A DNA stretch of 64,000 bases from IMG/VR virus record IMGVR_UViG_3300029868_000018, one strand, 5' to 3'. Below, one piece after another: positions 48,480-57,802 of the stretch. This stretch comes from a virus. A program made the translations under genes and the position numbers. Below the pieces are notes generated by a model. The model searched no databases. It had not been told where the DNA came from and was given only the letters and a program-made list of their open reading frames with translations. How positions within the stretch are numbered: position 1 is the first letter of the stretch; each line of letters begins with the position of its first letter.

Positions 48480-48941
48480 ATGAAAAGATTAACAGAAATA
48501 GAGAAAGTTGTTTTAAATAATAAAAGCAACGAATTAAGGAAGACCGTTGAGTTTAATATTATCTCAGGAAAAGTAAAAAGACATTACTCTTTAACAGACG
48601 AACAGCTAAACGTAAGGTCAAGAAAAAGGGCTTTAGCGTTGTCTAGGCATATTATATTTCATTTAACATACAAACACACGAAAGGAATTTCTCAGTCCGT
48701 TGTAGGTAATATATACGACAGAGATCACGCAACCGTTAATCATTCTACAAAAGTGATTGGAAATTTAACGTCTTATGACAAAGGGCTTGTAAAATTCCTG
48801 TCCGAAATTGAAACCGCAGTTTTAAAATACAAAAGAAGAAAAATTATCACTAAAAAAGATGTTTTTCGCAAGCTGTTAAAAGATGTGGTCGTTGGAGAAC
48901 AAAAAAATGTATGGAATCAGCAGTTTGAATTAGCTAAATAA
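48480..48941 (+). CDS. DnaA domain-IV-like (DnaA-box-binding HTH) protein
   Basis: 153 aa. RSRKRALALSRHIIFHL..GISQSVVGNIYDRDHATVNHSTKVI parallels the DnaA C-terminus (R..R...MYL...S...IG..F..RDHTTV.HA..KI). Confidence 0.65.
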   Translation: MKRLTEIEKVVLNNKSNELRKTVEFNIISGKVKRHYSLTDEQLNVRSRKRALALSRHIIFHLTYKHTKGISQSVVGNIYDRDHATVNHSTKVIGNLTSYDKGLVKFLSEIETAVLKYKRRKIITKKDVFRKLLKDVVVGEQKNVWNQQFELAK

Positions 48942-48948
48942 GGTTTGT

Positions 48949-49236
48949 ATGAAGAACATAGGCGGTCATGAGGAATTAAAGAGGTTTGTTGGAGACAGCA
49001 ACTATTTATTCAATTTCGGGTATTCTAAAGTGACAGTATTAATAGAGTTGGAGTCGAAAATGAATTACGACAAAATATTCTTTAGTTATAGAGATTTAGA
49101 ATTGAATTATTGTTATGAAGTTTTTAATTATAATTTTAATTCTACTTCTTTAGAGTTTTCTTACAGCGAGTGCGCTAGAGTGACAGGTATTTCATACCAC
49201 AACGTAAAAAGAATATATGATAAATATTTAAAGTAA
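48949..49236 (+). CDS. hypothetical protein
   Basis: 95-aa track ORF. Confidence 0.55.
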   Translation: MKNIGGHEELKRFVGDSNYLFNFGYSKVTVLIELESKMNYDKIFFSYRDLELNYCYEVFNYNFNSTSLEFSYSECARVTGISYHNVKRIYDKYLK

Positions 49237-49241
49237 TAAAT

Positions 49242-49586
49242 ATGAAAAACGAAATTAATGACTATACTTATTCTTTCTATACTAAAATAGAAACAAATAT
49301 TATTAAACACCCTAAATGGTGGGCGTTTTGGAAGCAATCAAAACTCGTTAAATCAGAAAAATGGGTAAAGAAAGCGGTTACAATTCAAGACACTGAAAAA
49401 GGAGCTTTAATGTATTTTGAACATGATAGGTTTATAGATATAATTAGACAGCTTCACAATCCAATAAATTTACAGTTAGAGAAATCAAACCCTTCAACTC
49501 CATATATTCCAACAAACATTGATTGGGATGATACGCTTCTGTTAGAAAAACCTAAGACTAACTTTTTAAAAAACTCTGAATTATGA
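49242..49586 (+). CDS. hypothetical protein
   Basis: 114-aa track ORF. Confidence 0.6.
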   Translation: MKNEINDYTYSFYTKIETNIIKHPKWWAFWKQSKLVKSEKWVKKAVTIQDTEKGALMYFEHDRFIDIIRQLHNPINLQLEKSNPSTPYIPTNIDWDDTLLLEKPKTNFLKNSEL

Positions 49587-49987
49587 ACCAAAACCCTTTA
49601 AATATGGAGGAATTATACTCCTTAGAAGGCGAAAGATTGATGCTTAAAATAGCTAAGATTTTTGAAATTAAAAACAAAGGAGCCACAGAAAAGGCTATTA
49701 TTTTGTGTTTTAAGCTCAGTCACGAAAAAATACTAGACATTAACGCGAACATTGAAATAATCGTAGCCACCTCAGCAGGTAGGTCTAAAGAGCAGGTAAA
49801 AGAGGAAACGGATCATTTTTCCCTGCAAGAGCAAAAGCACTTATTCGCCTCTATAATAAATATTGCGTTTTTCATTTACAGCTTCAGCTTTGTAGACTCC
49901 GACTTAAACGACGAGTTATTCACCGAGTTTTCAAATATGTTTGTAAAGGAAATTTCGGAAATAACCAATAATGTAATACAAATTTAA
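49583..49987 (+). CDS. hypothetical protein
   Basis: 134-aa track ORF. Confidence 0.6.
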   Translation: MNQNPLNMEELYSLEGERLMLKIAKIFEIKNKGATEKAIILCFKLSHEKILDINANIEIIVATSAGRSKEQVKEETDHFSLQEQKHLFASIINIAFFIYSFSFVDSDLNDELFTEFSNMFVKEISEITNNVIQI

Positions 49988-49995
49988 TATATTTG
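49988..49995 (+). promoter_or_regulatory. -7 promoter box TATATTTG
   Basis: Matches TAnnTTTG immediately after the stop at 49987. Confidence 0.4.
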
Positions 49996-50011
49996 CAATG
50001 AAGTTATTTGC

Positions 50012-50095
50012 GCTGTACATAAAAATAACTATAAAAAATACTGACCGTATTAGGTGGATAGGAGTACAGCCCTTGAAACTTAATGCGGTTTTTCA
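50012..50095 (+). ncRNA. candidate small RNA or structured leader with pseudoknot topology and a terminator-like 3' end
   Basis: Helix A is GCUGUAC (50012..18) with GUACAGC (50064..70). Helix B is ACCGUAUUA (50044..52) with UAAUGCGGU (50081..89). The two interleave, and a U-run follows at 50090-50094. Confidence 0.35.
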
Positions 50096-50140
50096 TTATC
50101 TAACTTTTTATGGGTTTTTAAATAAAACCTTTACGAAAAT

Positions 50141-50356
50141 ATGCCAAATATAGATACGCATTTCTTATGCTCGTCAGGAGACGGAACTAATATCCAATGC
50201 TTTTTAAATAACGAAAACAAGATCACTTTTTACATTTCTAATAAAAGCGATAGTGAAGAATTAATGGTGTATTTAGATAAGTCTACCGCCATTAAATTAG
50301 CCAAAACATTACGAACTGAAATAAATAAAATAGAAACGGAGGCTAGTAATGGCTAG
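50141..50356 (+). CDS. hypothetical protein
   Basis: 71-aa track ORF. Confidence 0.55.
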   Translation: MPNIDTHFLCSSGDGTNIQCFLNNENKITFYISNKSDSEELMVYLDKSTAIKLAKTLRTEINKIETEASNG

Positions 50357-51113
50357 ACCACAAAGAAATAATGTAGATTACTTTCCTTTTTATTGTGAAG
50401 AAGGAAAAAAAATGTACTACTTAGAAGAAACTTATGGGAATGATGGTTTTGCTGTTTTTATTAAGCTTCTTAGAGAATTAGCGAAAACAGATTATCATTA
50501 CTTAGATCTATCTAAAAACACAACTCAAATGTTTCTTAGTGCTAAATGTAAAGTTTCAAAACAATTACTATTAAATATCATAAATGATTTAGTTGAATTA
50601 GAAAAGTTTGATAGCGTGTTATGGAATGAAAATAATATAATTTGGTGTCAAGATTTTATTGACAGTATTCAAGACGCTTATATTAAGAGAAAAAATAAAT
50701 GTATCAGTTATGAGGGTTTAATCTCCCTTTTAATAGGTTTAGGGGTACGGAAACAAAGTAAACTCCCCCTTACAGGTGTCGGAAACCCACAAAGTAAAGT
50801 AGAGTATAGTAAAATAAAGAAAAGTGAGAGTAAAAACGCGCTCACTTTTTTAAAAAGTCATTTAAGTAAATGGGAGGTTATTCAAATGCAAAACAAAAAA
50901 AGATTTAATGGAGATTGGGATAGAATGCTAGAATTGTTTTCTTATAAAGTTGATGAAGAAGAATTAAAATATGAATGGAAAATTTTAAACGCCCGATTAA
51001 TGAGATGGATGGATGCTTGGACTAATAACAACAGAAAATCTACTAAAAAAACTAAGCCTTTAAATTCGGCAGAGCAAAAAATTAAAGAAGAACTAGAAGC
51101 GCTTGAGAAATAA
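50349..51113 (+). CDS. replication initiation protein, DUF4373 (Lin1244/Lin1753-like N-terminal) family
   Basis: 254 aa. NVDYFPFYCEEGKKMYYLEETYGNDGFAVFIKLL is the characteristic N-terminal block of this family. Confidence 0.65.
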   Translation: MARPQRNNVDYFPFYCEEGKKMYYLEETYGNDGFAVFIKLLRELAKTDYHYLDLSKNTTQMFLSAKCKVSKQLLLNIINDLVELEKFDSVLWNENNIIWCQDFIDSIQDAYIKRKNKCISYEGLISLLIGLGVRKQSKLPLTGVGNPQSKVEYSKIKKSESKNALTFLKSHLSKWEVIQMQNKKRFNGDWDRMLELFSYKVDEEELKYEWKILNARLMRWMDAWTNNNRKSTKKTKPLNSAEQKIKEELEALEK

Positions 51114-51823
51114 TGGAAGGAATCGATAAATACATACAAGACAGAAAGGACAATGCTCAGTCGGAAAGGTTGAAGCAAACGCATAAAGTTTATGCGTGGT
51201 CTAAAGAAGATCCTAAAAAACAAGGAATGGTTCTTACAAAGAAAATATTTTGGGCCTTGTTTAAAGAACAGGTTGGGAAAGATTTTATTTTCAACGAAGT
51301 CAATACAGATGTTATTTACACGATTTTTAAATATTTCTTAAAGCAGGAAGATTTTAACGAAGCGTCAAATTTAATATCAAACGAGGCGAGTTTAGTAAAA
51401 GGGTTATTAGTTTGGGGAGATAATGGCGTTGGAAAAACAATGTTATTTGATACCATACACGAAATAGGATATAAATTAACCAAGTTCGGTTGTTATGATT
51501 TATGGTTTAGAAAAATATCTGCCCCAACTTTTGTCAAGGATTATATGAAAGCCGTTACAAATAAAAGTAGCGTCTTCGATTTAAAAAATTACTATACAGG
51601 CGCTTTATACATCGATGATTTAGGATTAGAGGACAAAGCTTTTAATAGTGAGGAACTTCTAGGAACCTTGTTATTCGAGAGAGATAAAAATGATGCACCA
51701 ACTTTTATTACAACCAACAAAAAGCCGTCAGAACTTCTTGAGAGGTATGGCCCTGCAATTGGAGATAGGCAAAAAAAGATGTTTAATATTATAAAATGGA
51801 AAGGCGAAAGCTTTAGAAAATAG
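51113..51823 (+). CDS. DnaC/IstB-like AAA+ helicase loader
   Basis: 236 aa. Walker A GDNGVGKT, Walker B LYIDDLG. Immediately follows the initiator. Confidence 0.65.
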   Translation: MEGIDKYIQDRKDNAQSERLKQTHKVYAWSKEDPKKQGMVLTKKIFWALFKEQVGKDFIFNEVNTDVIYTIFKYFLKQEDFNEASNLISNEASLVKGLLVWGDNGVGKTMLFDTIHEIGYKLTKFGCYDLWFRKISAPTFVKDYMKAVTNKSSVFDLKNYYTGALYIDDLGLEDKAFNSEELLGTLLFERDKNDAPTFITTNKKPSELLERYGPAIGDRQKKMFNIIKWKGESFRK

Positions 51824-51826
51824 ATT

Positions 51827-52108
51827 ATGGATAAAAGATATAGAATGTCTGACGACTATAAAAAATATAAGGGCGAAGAAATAATGTCAAATTATGACGG
51901 GAAAGTAGTAGAAGAAACCGTTAAAGCTATAAAAGGAAAAGAGTTATTTAGCCATTACACAGGATGGAATTTTTGCGGTAGAGTTTGGTGGGAAAACGAT
52001 AAATGGCTATGTGAAGTTTATCGTTATGGTAGTTATAACCAAACCTTTATAAACGATGCTCTTGAAGAAATAATGAAAGATGTGTGTTCTGAATACGGGA
52101 GCGAATAA
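51827..52108 (+). CDS. hypothetical protein
   Basis: 93-aa track ORF. Confidence 0.6.
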   Translation: MDKRYRMSDDYKKYKGEEIMSNYDGKVVEETVKAIKGKELFSHYTGWNFCGRVWWENDKWLCEVYRYGSYNQTFINDALEEIMKDVCSEYGSE

Positions 52109-52117
52109 TTTAAAACT

Positions 52118-52453
52118 ATGGACATTCTAAAACATAAAGACAGCGTTATAGCACTTTTAAAGTCGCACCCGCATTTAAGGGATGACGATAATAAGCTTGT
52201 CGCTAACATTTGGCACAAACACTTGAAAGACGCAGGAATGCTCTCTAAAGATATTACAGCCGAGAAGTTTTTAGAATTGTTTTCAGAGAATAAAATACCA
52301 AACGCCCAAAGCATTAGAAGGATCAGGCGCAAGCTACAGGAGGAATTCAAAGAGTTGCGCGGTGAGAAGTGGCGGGAACGTCATAACGAGCAGGAAAAAG
52401 TAAAAGATCAATTATATAATACTCCCAATATATTAGCGGGAGGAGCGCCTTAA
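52118..52453 (+). CDS. hypothetical protein
   Basis: 111-aa track ORF. Confidence 0.6.
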   Translation: MDILKHKDSVIALLKSHPHLRDDDNKLVANIWHKHLKDAGMLSKDITAEKFLELFSENKIPNAQSIRRIRRKLQEEFKELRGEKWRERHNEQEKVKDQLYNTPNILAGGAP

Positions 52454-52465
52454 AAACTAGAAATA

Positions 52466-52810
52466 ATGAAAGATTTAATAGAAGAACTTAAAAAAGAAAA
52501 TAAAATAATATTACTTAGAAACCCTAAAGTGGCGACAGAGTTTGATTGGTCTAGCGACGCTTACAAATTACAGCATAATGAAGAAATGATAAGTAAGTTA
52601 AGTTTATTGAATACACCCACGGTTATTAATTGGGTTACGATAAAAAGCAATGTAAGGCCTAATGAAAATGTAGAGGAATGTTTGGTTAAATATAATAACG
52701 GGCAAGTAAGAACTGCATTATTTAGTCAAGAAGATAATAGGTTTTATAACTCTATTAATGACCAAGATATTTCAGATAACATACAGGCTTATGCAGAGTT
52801 GCCTAACTAA
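52466..52810 (+). CDS. hypothetical protein
   Basis: 114-aa track ORF. Confidence 0.6.
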   Translation: MKDLIEELKKENKIILLRNPKVATEFDWSSDAYKLQHNEEMISKLSLLNTPTVINWVTIKSNVRPNENVEECLVKYNNGQVRTALFSQEDNRFYNSINDQDISDNIQAYAELPN

Positions 52811-52868
52811 ATAACCTTGTTTATAGCTACTTTTATCATTAATTACAAAATACAACTAAATTATAGAA

Positions 52869-52997
52869 ATGAAGAAAAATCAAAAATACGGACTAGAAGT
52901 AGCGAAAGCTATTGAGGATTATCACTTAAAGAACGGTAAAAATAAAATAGATTTCTCTAAAATTAAAGGAGTTTGGGGCGGATCCAAAAATATTTAA
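52869..52997 (+). CDS. 42-aa ORF, in frame with the next gene across a single TAA
   Basis: ATG 52869 to TAA 52997. 52869 and 53001 are in the same reading frame, separated by TAA-AAA. Confidence 0.35.
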   Translation: MKKNQKYGLEVAKAIEDYHLKNGKNKIDFSKIKGVWGGSKNI

Positions 52998-53000
52998 AAA

Positions 53001-53282
53001 ATGCTAGGAAAAGGAATAAGAATCACTAGAAAGCAAAACAATTTAACTCTCCTAGAGCTATCTACAAAGCTAAAAATACACGTAAATCATTTAGGAGCTT
53101 TAGAGAACGAAAGAAAAACGCCAACTATAAAATTACTTTATAACATTGCTAAAGCGCTAAAAACACACCCCGCAGTTTTATTTTGGAATGGCGTAGACGA
53201 AAAAGAGATAAAGAAAAAGAACAGGCCCAAGCTACTTGTGTTTAAACCAACTATTGACAATATCTTTAAAGAGTTGTTTTAA
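53001..53282 (+). CDS. XRE/Cro-family helix-turn-helix regulator
   Basis: 93 aa. GIRITRKQNNLTLLELSTKLKIHVNHLGALENERKTPTIKLLYNIAKAL is a classic HTH_XRE pattern. Confidence 0.7.
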   Translation: MLGKGIRITRKQNNLTLLELSTKLKIHVNHLGALENERKTPTIKLLYNIAKALKTHPAVLFWNGVDEKEIKKKNRPKLLVFKPTIDNIFKELF

Positions 53283-53767
53283 CTATAAAAATCAGCGAGA
53301 ACACCTTTTGTTTTTGCTTCCAAACTTAGATCCGTACTTCTGTTTTTCATTATATTCCCTTCGTTGTTATCAACCAAGCTATTAAATTCTAAAACTATAC
53401 CTACACCACGATCCGTAAGCTTATACAATACAGTCGATTTATTATTAAACGACTCAGCCATATAACCTGCATGGATAAACTCAGCTAACTTAATCTTCTC
53501 CCCAAACACTTTTATCGGGTCGCTGAATAGGCCCAATTCCTGTAAGTAAAGTAATACCAATATCTTCTCATAGCTTATTTTGTATTTTTCTTTAATTTCT
53601 TGAAGCTGAAATATTAAATACGAAGTTTTAACGTCAGTACTTTTCATAACAATTTCCTCTTTATTAAAAACCTGCTTTCTCGTAAGGGCTTTTTTATTAT
53701 ACTTAAAATCTATTTTTACAGGAGCCTCCGTTAATGGATTAAAATTCTTAAGCTTTATGTTTTTCAT
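53279..53767 (-). CDS. winged-helix (MarR-like) regulator candidate
   Basis: The track ORF begins at TTG 53803. The first ATG is 53767 (MKNIKLKNF..). ILVLLYLQELG..LAEFIHAGYM..YKLTDRGVGIV is wHTH-like. It is the only minus-strand gene here. Confidence 0.5.
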   Translation of the reverse strand: MKNIKLKNFNPLTEAPVKIDFKYNKKALTRKQVFNKEEIVMKSTDVKTSYLIFQLQEIKEKYKISYEKILVLLYLQELGLFSDPIKVFGEKIKLAEFIHAGYMAESFNNKSTVLYKLTDRGVGIVLEFNSLVDNNEGNIMKNRSTDLSLEAKTKGVLADFYS

Positions 53768-53832
53768 AATGTAAAAATAACAAAAGCATTTCAATATTAC
53801 CAATATTCAAAACCCGATCAAATATTTATCTA

Positions 53833-53840
53833 TAGGTTTG
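53833..53840 (+). promoter_or_regulatory. -7 promoter box TAGGTTTG of the late/structural operon
   Basis: Matches TAnnTTTG, 23 nt upstream of the ATG at 53864. Confidence 0.5.
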
Positions 53841-53863
53841 TCTTAATTATAAAAATTATAATA

Positions 53864-55057
53864 ATGGACAAAGGTATTAATAATGGAATAGTGATACTTG
53901 GAGATGACCCGTTAGGGGATAATTCTCAGGTAGAGAAAAAAGTAGTTTTAGAAAACAACGACCCTAAAAACGAAATAGTAGTTTTAGATAATCAGCCGAA
54001 AAAGGAAACTAAGGTAGATGATAAAGCTGTTATAGATGACGTTTTAGACGTTAAACCTAAAACTATTGAAAGCAAAGAGAAAATTGAAAAACCAATTGTA
54101 GACGAAGAAAAGGAAACTTTAGAGTTTACGTTTGATAATGAGAAGCCTAAACCTCAAGAAAAAAAACAACAACAGGAAACTGTAGTTGAAGTTAACGAGG
54201 CTAATGTTTTAGAGTTTTTAAACAAAAATGGTATCAATGTTAAAAACGTCTCGGAGTTATCAAAAAAAGAAGTCTTATCAGAACAGGTAAAGGAATTTCA
54301 AAAATTTAATGCAGAAACAAACGGCACTATCGCTGATTTTTATTCGATTCAGAAGGATTGGACTAAAGAGTCAGATAGCAGTTTGTTAAAAGCTTATTAT
54401 GAGAATTCTGACACCAATTTATCGCCCGAAGCAGTACAAGGTCTAATCGACCACATTACTGTTTCTGAGCAAGATGAAGTAGATCTTAACGACAGGGAAT
54501 TGGCAGGAAGAAAGAATGATTTAGTTAGAGAAATATCTAAAGCAAAATCATTTATGTCTGACTTTCAGAAGAAACACAAAGTTTCTCTTGAAAAAACACA
54601 GGTAGCAAAACCGCCAACTGCTGAGGAAATAGCTAAATCTCACGCACCTTATTGGAAAGATCGTAATAAGTCTTTGAAGAAACTTACAGATATTAAAGTG
54701 AGTATTAAAGGATTAGGAGATATTATCATTCCTGTTAGCGATGAAGATAGAATTACTGTAGCGAGAAATACGCAAACAGTAGACGACTTCATTGGTAGAT
54801 TTAAAGGGGAAGATGGTAAAATGAACACAGACAGAACCGTAAGGAGTACGCTGTATTCAGACCCAACATTCTTTCAAAACGCTGTAATTTCTGTAGCCAA
54901 ACAAGTTCACGCATTGACGCTTGAAAATTTCTCAAAGGAAAACCGAAATTTAACTTTAGGAAAGCACAAGCAAATAACGGAAATTAATAATAACGACGAC
55001 GGAATGGTTGTGACAGGCCGCAAAAAAGAAGGCTTCGCACCAAAAGCTCGTTTTTAA
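53864..55057 (+). CDS. scaffolding-like protein (acidic/Lys-rich, helical)
   Basis: 397 aa with a low-complexity K/E/D-rich N-terminal half. Lies directly upstream of the putative capsid gene. Assigned by position and composition only. Confidence 0.4.
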   Translation: MDKGINNGIVILGDDPLGDNSQVEKKVVLENNDPKNEIVVLDNQPKKETKVDDKAVIDDVLDVKPKTIESKEKIEKPIVDEEKETLEFTFDNEKPKPQEKKQQQETVVEVNEANVLEFLNKNGINVKNVSELSKKEVLSEQVKEFQKFNAETNGTIADFYSIQKDWTKESDSSLLKAYYENSDTNLSPEAVQGLIDHITVSEQDEVDLNDRELAGRKNDLVREISKAKSFMSDFQKKHKVSLEKTQVAKPPTAEEIAKSHAPYWKDRNKSLKKLTDIKVSIKGLGDIIIPVSDEDRITVARNTQTVDDFIGRFKGEDGKMNTDRTVRSTLYSDPTFFQNAVISVAKQVHALTLENFSKENRNLTLGKHKQITEINNNDDGMVVTGRKKEGFAPKARF

Positions 55058-55072
55058 CAAAAATTAAATATT

Positions 55073-56452
55073 ATGGCAATTACTGGCCCAACAAACCCCC
55101 ACAATAACAGACCTCCTTTGTTACTAACACAGGACAATTATGTCGATCCTTATACTGTAACAGGATCCGCAGGAATACCACAATCGGTATATGACACAAT
55201 ACAGAATGATTGTCTTTTGATGATGAAAGATGATGTAATGGGATTCTTAGACGAATTCTCAATGACCAAATCATTTGTAACTAATACTGTTGAGTATGTA
55301 GAAACTACAACTAGAGATAATGTAATTGATGATGACGGAGCGGTAACAAGAACAGGAGATGTTTTTACAATTGACTGGACAGCCGTTGAAGGTTATGACG
55401 CATCACAAGAACATTTCACTTATAAAGTAGACACTACTATTTTCGTAGTAGATGGAACTAAAATGGAACAGGGTGTTATTACTGCCGTAGATATAGGAGC
55501 AGCAACAATAACTGCAAAATGTGCTAATGGCGCGTCTTGGACTATTGCAACATCTGTACTTACGTTAGGAACTATTGGAGGTGACTTTGATAGAGGTAGT
55601 TGTGGCCCTGAAGGGACTCTTGAAAACAGAAAAACAACTAATCGTTTTGTAAAACTTGCAACTACTAGAGTTGCTATGCAGAGTAATGGCGGAGAAAGAT
55701 ATGCTTGGTTGTATAACGGAGCTTGGCAATGGTACGATGACAATACGAAACGTGTAAGAAAATTACTAAACTCGGAAGTTGCGAAGAAACTTTTAATTAG
55801 TATTCAAAGTGCTGATTCTTCAGGAGCGCATGCTATTGGAAAATACGGAACCGAAGGATTGTTTGAGAATATTAGAGCAAACGGAGCCGTACAATCAGGA
55901 TATATTACGGATTTAGCAGGAATGCAAGCTGTAACTGATTATTGGGATGAACTTGGAATGACAGAAAAAGTTTTCTTAGCGAAAGTTGATAAAACACAAT
56001 ACCGTCACTTTGAGCAAATCGCAAAAGAAGTTATGTCTAATTTAGGAGCTATAACCAATGTTGATGTAAATAACAACAGCGAAAACTTTGCTAAGTTTGG
56101 ATATAATACTCTTGAGGTAGATGGTTATACCATTCACTTCGCTAAATGGGGATTAACTGAAGGAAACAGCCCGTTTGGTAAAGCTAGAATTATAGATGTA
56201 TTCCCTAAAGGTGTTATTATCCCAATGGGTTCTACAATGACTAAGATCAACGGAATAGAACAAAGTACGCCTTATATCTTTAAAGCGTATCAAGTATTCC
56301 CTGAGCATAATCAAAACGGAATGGTTAGAGAAGTGATTACAGGAGCATTTGCCCCGACCCCAACTAACGATTGCGAGTATGAAAAACTAACCTTGTCTAC
56401 GACTACAGGAATAATTATTCCTTGTCCTGAGCCATTGGTTATAATAGATTAA
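55073..56452 (+). CDS. putative major capsid protein
   Basis: 459 aa. Follows the scaffold-like gene and is followed by the strongest intrinsic terminator in the window. No homology check was possible. Confidence 0.5.
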   Translation: MAITGPTNPHNNRPPLLLTQDNYVDPYTVTGSAGIPQSVYDTIQNDCLLMMKDDVMGFLDEFSMTKSFVTNTVEYVETTTRDNVIDDDGAVTRTGDVFTIDWTAVEGYDASQEHFTYKVDTTIFVVDGTKMEQGVITAVDIGAATITAKCANGASWTIATSVLTLGTIGGDFDRGSCGPEGTLENRKTTNRFVKLATTRVAMQSNGGERYAWLYNGAWQWYDDNTKRVRKLLNSEVAKKLLISIQSADSSGAHAIGKYGTEGLFENIRANGAVQSGYITDLAGMQAVTDYWDELGMTEKVFLAKVDKTQYRHFEQIAKEVMSNLGAITNVDVNNNSENFAKFGYNTLEVDGYTIHFAKWGLTEGNSPFGKARIIDVFPKGVIIPMGSTMTKINGIEQSTPYIFKAYQVFPEHNQNGMVREVITGAFAPTPTNDCEYEKLTLSTTTGIIIPCPEPLVIID

Positions 56453-56478
56453 AGACTCCATTATTTCTATTTTTTAGA

Positions 56479-56516
56479 AGCCGTTACAGACTCGTTTGTA
56501 ACGGTTTCTTTTTTTT
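56479..56516 (+). terminator. intrinsic terminator
   Basis: Stem CCGTTACA/TGTAACGG (56481..88 with 56497..504), then TTTCTTTTTTTT. Confidence 0.8.
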
Positions 56517-56518
56517 AC

Positions 56519-56526
56519 TATCTTTA
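56519..56526 (+). promoter_or_regulatory. promoter-like box TATCTTTA
   Basis: ACTATCTTTAC, as at 19913. 15 nt upstream of the ATG at 56542. Confidence 0.3.
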
Positions 56527-56541
56527 CGAAAAATAAAATAT

Positions 56542-57309
56542 ATGGACTTAATAACATTTGTAACAATAAGAGATGGAAAAATCTTCCCAATGAATCGACT
56601 TATTGTTAAGCAACCTGCCGATTACATACAAAAAGACGGCAACGGACGAACAAAAGCAAAACGATCAATGCAGTACGTCCCTTCACTAACAAGCGTCTTT
56701 ATAAACGAACAAATCAAAATAGACCCCACTCCTGTTAGAGAGAAGATTGAATTTACAAAAAAACGTCCCTTAGTTATAGACAGGGATCTATACCCAAATA
56801 AAGTTGACTTTTTAGAAAGACACGAACATTTAGGCGTTAGATTTAGAGTTTTAGATGTTGCGCAAGAAGAAATGTATCAGTTAAAAGCAATGGGAGAATC
56901 AGACGACGCAAAATCGTATGTATTGAAAGTAGCCGACGCTAATTCAATTAGAGCAATGGCTATTGAAATGTTTTCTCCTTCTATCGGTCAAAGCAGAACA
57001 GTTGGTAAACTTCGTATAATGTTACGAGAATTTGCCGAGCAAGGTGAGACTGAAGTTAAAGCTATTAATGACTTTAAAGACGATAATTTCAATCAAGAAA
57101 AATTATTAGTTTCCGCTCTATTGATTTCAAAAACTATTAAATTAGCAGGGAAAACATTTAGTTGGATGGACTCTGATGAAAAGATATATACAGCATCTCA
57201 AGCTCAAGACGCTCCTAGAGAGCTAGCGATTTGGCTTAAAAATGACGAAGAAGGAAGGCAAACACAAGCTATATTTAATAAAAAAATAGGAGATTTAAAG
57301 AAAAAGTAA
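56542..57309 (+). CDS. virion-module protein, function unknown
   Basis: 255-aa track ORF. Confidence 0.65.
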   Translation: MDLITFVTIRDGKIFPMNRLIVKQPADYIQKDGNGRTKAKRSMQYVPSLTSVFINEQIKIDPTPVREKIEFTKKRPLVIDRDLYPNKVDFLERHEHLGVRFRVLDVAQEEMYQLKAMGESDDAKSYVLKVADANSIRAMAIEMFSPSIGQSRTVGKLRIMLREFAEQGETEVKAINDFKDDNFNQEKLLVSALLISKTIKLAGKTFSWMDSDEKIYTASQAQDAPRELAIWLKNDEEGRQTQAIFNKKIGDLKKK

Positions 57310-57329
57310 CCAATAAAATCTAATACAAA

Positions 57330-57680
57330 ATGTTTAAAGGAAAACTACCAAAGTTCGCGAGCAATAAGATTGTTGGCGCAATGAAAATCACGAAGCTTAT
57401 TCGTGAAATGGACAAGACAGCTACAATGAAGCTTGAAAAAGGAAAAAAGTTTATTGTCCCTGCTCACGTAATGATCGCGAAAAACCCGAAATTAGGAATG
57501 TACTACGTTCAGTATGCTGACGGAACCATTGGTTTCCAAGACGCTAAACAGTTTGAGGCAGGATATTCGGAACTAAAAAAAACAACAAACCCCTCAAGCC
57601 CACCGCCACCGACAAATAAGAAGGAGGAAAAAGAAACTCCTGAAAAGGAAACTCCTAAAAAAGAGGAACCTAAAAAATAA
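57330..57680 (+). CDS. small virion-module protein with a TNPSSPPPP motif and a Lys/Glu tail
   Basis: 116 aa. The C-terminal KKTTNPSSPPPPTNKKEEKETPEKETPKKEEPKK shares TNPSSPPPP with 3385..3867. Confidence 0.6.
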   Translation: MFKGKLPKFASNKIVGAMKITKLIREMDKTATMKLEKGKKFIVPAHVMIAKNPKLGMYYVQYADGTIGFQDAKQFEAGYSELKKTTNPSSPPPPTNKKEEKETPEKETPKKEEPKK

Positions 57681-57703
57681 ACCTTTCAATTCTCTATATC
57701 CCT

Positions 57704-57738
57704 AAAAGCTCTCACGATTAATTTCGTGAGAGCTTTTT
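57704..57738 (+). terminator. intrinsic terminator
   Basis: 13-bp stem AAAGCTCTCACGA/TCGTGAGAGCTTT with a 6-nt loop, followed by Ts. Confidence 0.8.
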
Positions 57739-57802
57739 ATTACCAATTCAATAAAAGATTTTTGTTTATAATTCTTATTTTTACTTTTTATACAAATCTC
57801 TC

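Noticed and set aside
53001-53767. The XRE and wHTH pair as a CI/Cro lysogeny switch
   Set aside because: The two genes are convergent, not divergent. The window contains no integrase, excisionase or attP. Temperate status cannot be supported from this window.
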